A stretch of DNA of 64,000 nt from contig OY761159.2 in the NCBI GenBank assembly GCA_963664395.2, positions 4,480,001 through 4,544,000 on the forward strand, in the 5' to 3' direction. Under the pieces are notes generated by a model, which ran no database searches, was not told the origin of the DNA, and saw nothing but the letters and a program-made list of their open reading frames with translations. The position numbers were made by a program, and so were the translations under genes. This document shows, piece by piece, positions 60,350-64,000 of this stretch; within the stretch, counting starts at the first letter, position 1, and every line of letters starts with the position of its first letter. The DNA comes from Candidatus Binatia bacterium. Lineage in GTDB: Bacteria > Desulfobacterota > Binatia > Bin18.

Positions 60350-61051
60350 CTACCATTCTTCGCCAAACGGCCGGACTTCCACATTGAACGACCAGCCGGA
60401 GCGGTCTTGATGGGCCACTTGGTAGGCAGTATCGGCGATGGCGGACGGCTGAATGAAAAAATCGTTCGGCTTGTCGGGCAGCATCTTGCGCGTCCAGGCC
60501 AGATCGATCACCGCATCGATGACGATATAGGCGACATGAATGCCCTGGGGCCCCAGGGTGCGGGCCATGGACTCCGACAGGATACGCTGGGCCGCTTTGG
60601 TCGGGGCAAAACCGGCGAAACGCGGCTTCCCGCGTAAGGCCGAGGTATTCCCGGAGGATAGGATCACACCCTTGCCGGCCTCGATCATATCCGGGGCGAC
60701 GGCTCTGGCCAGATACAGCAGCCCCATCGTATTGACTTGAAAATTGTCGGACAGCGTTTTTGGTTCGATTTCGAGAAAGGTTCCGAACGCACCGCCCACC
60801 GCATTATGGATCAGGATTTCAGGCGCGCCCATTTCTTCTTTTACGCGGGCGACAGTCGCATTGACGGTGGCTTCGTCAGACACATCGCACACATAGCCGC
60901 GCGAGCCTGCGATTTCTTTTTCCAGTTGCGACAAACGCGCCTGAGTGCGGGCCAGCATGGCCACGCGATAACCGCCCTGGGCAAAGCGGCGGCTGAGCGA
61001 CGCGCCGGTTCCGGGGCCCACACCAGTAATCAAACACACAGGTCCAGCCAT
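60350..61051 (-). CDS. SDR family oxidoreductase (atypical FxxxK catalytic motif)
   Basis: TGVGPGTG, HNAVGG, FAPTKAAQR, GIHVAY.VIDAVID. Confidence 0.9.
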   Translation of the reverse strand: MAGPVCLITGVGPGTGASLSRRFAQGGYRVAMLARTQARLSQLEKEIAGSRGYVCDVSDEATVNATVARVKEEMGAPEILIHNAVGGAFGTFLEIEPKTLSDNFQVNTMGLLYLARAVAPDMIEAGKGVILSSGNTSALRGKPRFAGFAPTKAAQRILSESMARTLGPQGIHVAYIVIDAVIDLAWTRKMLPDKPNDFFIQPSAIADTAYQVAHQDRSGWSFNVEVRPFGEEW

Positions 61052-61266
61052 ACCCTCTCCCTTCTCACCGTTCGTGCAGACTCAGCAGATAATCCCACCA
61101 AAAGAGAGCAATAGGAATCCAGCCATTTTTATCAGCAGAGCCATATCGGCCTCCATGCAACGTAGTGGGGAATTTCTACCGAGAAGCGCCGCACCCCGCA
61201 AGCTGCTTGTTTACGGCAGCCGGATCGAACCAGCCGCGGCTCCAGTATGGGTTGACATGAGAAGGC

Positions 61267-62679
61267 TTAGAAAATTGTGAGCCACAGCGAGTACAGCGCA
61301 AAGCTGCCGTACACCACGGACGCGATGGACATCATGATGATGGATATCGGCCCCGGTCGGGCCGAGGGCGGCAGATTGCGCAGATTCATATACAGCATCA
61401 ACGGCACGTATAGCGCCATGGTCAGGCCGCTGAGCAGGGCGGCGTTAAACAGAAAGCCCAGCCCGGTGACGGCAAAGCGCTCAAAAAACCAGGTGCTGGC
61501 CGTACCGGCGACCATAAAGAGGACGGCAAAAGGAACGTAGAGTTTGGCCTGGTCGATCTTTGCCCCAAACGGGAACGACGTACGGATAATATAGGACCAG
61601 ACGCGGGCGTTGCCGTCGACGCTTACCAACTGGGTGCTGAAGAGCGTCGCCATGCCGATCGCCAGAAAGAGATAATGCCCTGTCGCGCCCATTGAGCTCT
61701 CCAAAATGAGCGACATGTCCCAGATAATCCGCCCCTCGGCCGGGACGACGCCGCTGGGGCGTAAGACGCACAGCACCCCGAACATAAACAGGAACATGGT
61801 GAGGCTGTTCAGCCCCCAAAAGAATACGGTCTGGTCCAGGCGTATCCAGCGCAACCAACCTTTGAACGCGCGTTGGTTGGCTTCCGTTTCCGGGTAGAGA
61901 TAGCCGGTTGCTTCTTCCTCGTTCGACCCACCCCGCAGCGGGTTTTGCAGGCTCGGCATACGCGCCCCCATACCGATATTCTTGTCGCGCAAGTAAAAAG
62001 CGTACCACAGGTTACCGGCCCCGCCGGCTCCTGCGAACACCACCGCCCCGAAGAATCGACTAAAGGGGAAATCGTCCGTCAATTCGATATGACCGAAGTT
62101 CACCAGCCCGCGGGCCAGCTCGGATACGTGCTCCCAGGTTCCGACCTGAAAGGCCACAAAAATAAGCCCGAGTGTAATGAACACCACCAGGCCGATGACG
62201 ATCCGCTCCATGGCCTGATACATAACTTTGGGGCCAAAGAGCATGGCGGCAATCAACAGGAAGGTCAGGCCGGTCCACATCCAGTCCGCTCCGGGGCCGT
62301 CCGGTCCGAAAATCAGGCCCTTGAGGGCCGCGCCGGAAACCCGCGCCCAGCCGGGCAGAAGCAGGCCCGCGAAGGTCAGGAACAACAGGATATAAATGAA
62401 ACCCATCCAGGCTCGGGCAAAACCGGTATACGGCGCTTCGCCGGTGACAATGGCCCAGCGGCCAATCTCAAGATTGATCCAGAGTTGCAGAAAGACCCCA
62501 AGCGCCGCAGCCCAGGCCATGCCTGCCCCGAACTTGGCCGTAATCCACGGCCACATCACCAGTTCGCCGGCACCTATGGAAAGACCGACCAAGACAGCTC
62601 CCGGCCCGGCCAATTGCCAGAACGAGCGTGTCCGCGGTGGCAGGTCCGCAGTTTTGAGTGGAGCAATACGTGAGCCCAA
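61267..62679 (-). CDS. Nramp-family (MntH-related) membrane transporter
   Basis: GPGAVLVGLSIGAGEL, EIGRW..TGE, FAGAGG, many TM helices; TTG start after AAGGAGG. Confidence 0.8.
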   Translation of the reverse strand: MGSRIAPLKTADLPPRTRSFWQLAGPGAVLVGLSIGAGELVMWPWITAKFGAGMAWAAALGVFLQLWINLEIGRWAIVTGEAPYTGFARAWMGFIYILLFLTFAGLLLPGWARVSGAALKGLIFGPDGPGADWMWTGLTFLLIAAMLFGPKVMYQAMERIVIGLVVFITLGLIFVAFQVGTWEHVSELARGLVNFGHIELTDDFPFSRFFGAVVFAGAGGAGNLWYAFYLRDKNIGMGARMPSLQNPLRGGSNEEEATGYLYPETEANQRAFKGWLRWIRLDQTVFFWGLNSLTMFLFMFGVLCVLRPSGVVPAEGRIIWDMSLILESSMGATGHYLFLAIGMATLFSTQLVSVDGNARVWSYIIRTSFPFGAKIDQAKLYVPFAVLFMVAGTASTWFFERFAVTGLGFLFNAALLSGLTMALYVPLMLYMNLRNLPPSARPGPISIIMMSIASVVYGSFALYSLWLTIF

Positions 62680-62884
62680 GCCGCCCTCCTTGCGGTCAGG
62701 GATTGTAGGGGGGATAGTTCAGAAGGACAACTAGCCACGCCATTTTTGTGGGCGGTCGTCAGTAAGAACCGAAGGGTATATATTTCGTAAAATCCGCCCC
62801 CTCCTTATAAGTAAAAGAGGAGGTTCGGCTCGACCATTAGGTGAAACCGTACGCTAGGAAGCACGAGGGGAAAGGGAGGCCAGC

Positions 62885-64000
62885 ATGGACCTCATTCTCA
62901 GAAAAGGACGCATTGCCGGACAGGATGAGCAAACGACCGTTGATATTGGTGTCCAGAATGGCCGCATCGCAGCCATAGAATCCAATCTGTCAGCCGAAGG
63001 GCGTGAGCTTGACCTGCAGGGTCGTTTAGTCGCACCCGGTTTCATTGAAACCCATATCCATTTGGACAAGTCCTGCATCCTCGATCGCTGCCAGTCGGCC
63101 GAAGGGAATCTGGAGGAAGTCCTGGCCCAAGTCACGGCAGCCAAACAGGCGTTCACTGCGGAAGACGTACATCAGCGGGCAGCCCGCACCCTGGAAAAAT
63201 GTATACTGCACGGTACCACCCATATACGCACCCACCTTGAGGTTGACCCAGGTATCGGGCTGCGTGGCCTCGACGGCGTGCTGCCCCTTATCCAGGAATA
63301 TAAATGGGCGCTGGACCTTGAGGTGTGTGTCTTTCCGCAAGAAGGACTGCTCAACAATCCAGGGACCGATGACCTCTTGGTTGCCGCACTCAATCAGGGT
63401 GCACATGTTATTGGTGCCGCGCCCTATACGGACACCGATCCACACGGTCAGATAGATCGCATCTTTGAACTGGCGCGTGAGTTCAACGTTGCTATCGATA
63501 TGCATTTGGACTTCGGCCACACTTCGGACGAGATGGATATTGAGTATGTGTGCGATCTCACCGAAAAGTTCGGCTATGGGGGCCGGGTCACGGTCGGCCA
63601 TGTGACCAAACTGTCAACAATTGCTCCGGAGCGGTTTTCCGCCATCGCTCAACGCTTGGCAAATGTTGGCGTAGCGGTCACTGTGCTGCCATCAACCGAT
63701 CTGTATCTGATGGGTCGTCACCAGGATCACAATATCATTCGTGGCGTTACCCCGGTGCATAAACTCATACAGCAGGGCGTGACCTGTTCACTCTCGACCA
63801 ATAATGTTCTCAATCCCTTCACGCCGTTTGGCGACTGTTCGTTGATTCGCATGGCCAACCTGTATGCCAATATCTGCCAGGTGGATAATCAGGAGGAAGT
63901 TCGAGCCTGCTTTGATATGGTCACTCAATGTTCAGCCCAAATACTGGGACTCGCAGACTATGGCGTGGAGGTAGGAAAAGCAGCCGATCTGGTTGTCCTG
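62885..64000 (+). CDS. Amidohydrolase, cytosine/creatinine deaminase family (3'-truncated by window edge)
   Basis: Translated by hand: MDLILRKGRI...PGFIETHIHLDKS...HGTTHIRTHLEVDP...FPQEG...DMHLDF...GHVTKL...STNNVLNPFTPFG; open to the window end. Confidence 0.88.
   Translation, partial: MDLILRKGRIAGQDEQTTVDIGVQNGRIAAIESNLSAEGRELDLQGRLVAPGFIETHIHLDKSCILDRCQSAEGNLEEVLAQVTAAKQAFTAEDVHQRAARTLEKCILHGTTHIRTHLEVDPGIGLRGLDGVLPLIQEYKWALDLEVCVFPQEGLLNNPGTDDLLVAALNQGAHVIGAAPYTDTDPHGQIDRIFELAREFNVAIDMHLDFGHTSDEMDIEYVCDLTEKFGYGGRVTVGHVTKLSTIAPERFSAIAQRLANVGVAVTVLPSTDLYLMGRHQDHNIIRGVTPVHKLIQQGVTCSLSTNNVLNPFTPFGDCSLIRMANLYANICQVDNQEEVRACFDMVTQCSAQILGLADYGVEVGKAADLVVL

Noticed and set aside
62700-62884. Riboswitch upstream of the deaminase-family gene
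   Set aside because: Only a weak CCTCCT/AGGAGG stem is visible, and I could not match any known aptamer consensus.

Overview
GC-rich bacterial chromosomal window. The gene content (many LLM monooxygenases, hydantoinase/oxoprolinase paralogues, CoA-transferases, eukaryote-like LRR/FN3/spondin exported proteins) resembles sponge-associated Binatia/Deltaproteobacteria, but taxonomy is inference only. Most of the window is catabolic genes, plus a complete type II Zorya anti-phage system (zorABE), a hicBA toxin-antitoxin pair, a possible ART-like toxin pair, an oxidoreductase-SelD fusion, mutM, an IS982-like remnant and several families of REP-like palindromes. The most unusual structure is at 14.0-26.2 kb. 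Three unrelated exported proteins carry five copies of one ~135-aa C-terminal module (GYLENPG...SGWVC...QNFVI). Two of these genes sit in tandem behind a NUDIX gene, each followed by a displaced copy of the NUDIX 3' end with a near-identical breakpoint. The nearer copy has diverged mostly at synonymous sites. This looks like successive att-like integration of gene cassettes with no integrase in view. The third gene is bracketed by direct repeats. Other items: a candidate two-hairpin anti-SD sRNA, a perfect 24-bp operator-like palindrome and three apparent reading-frame lesions. No rRNA, tRNA or CRISPR array was seen. All functional calls come from motif recognition by eye, not database searches.
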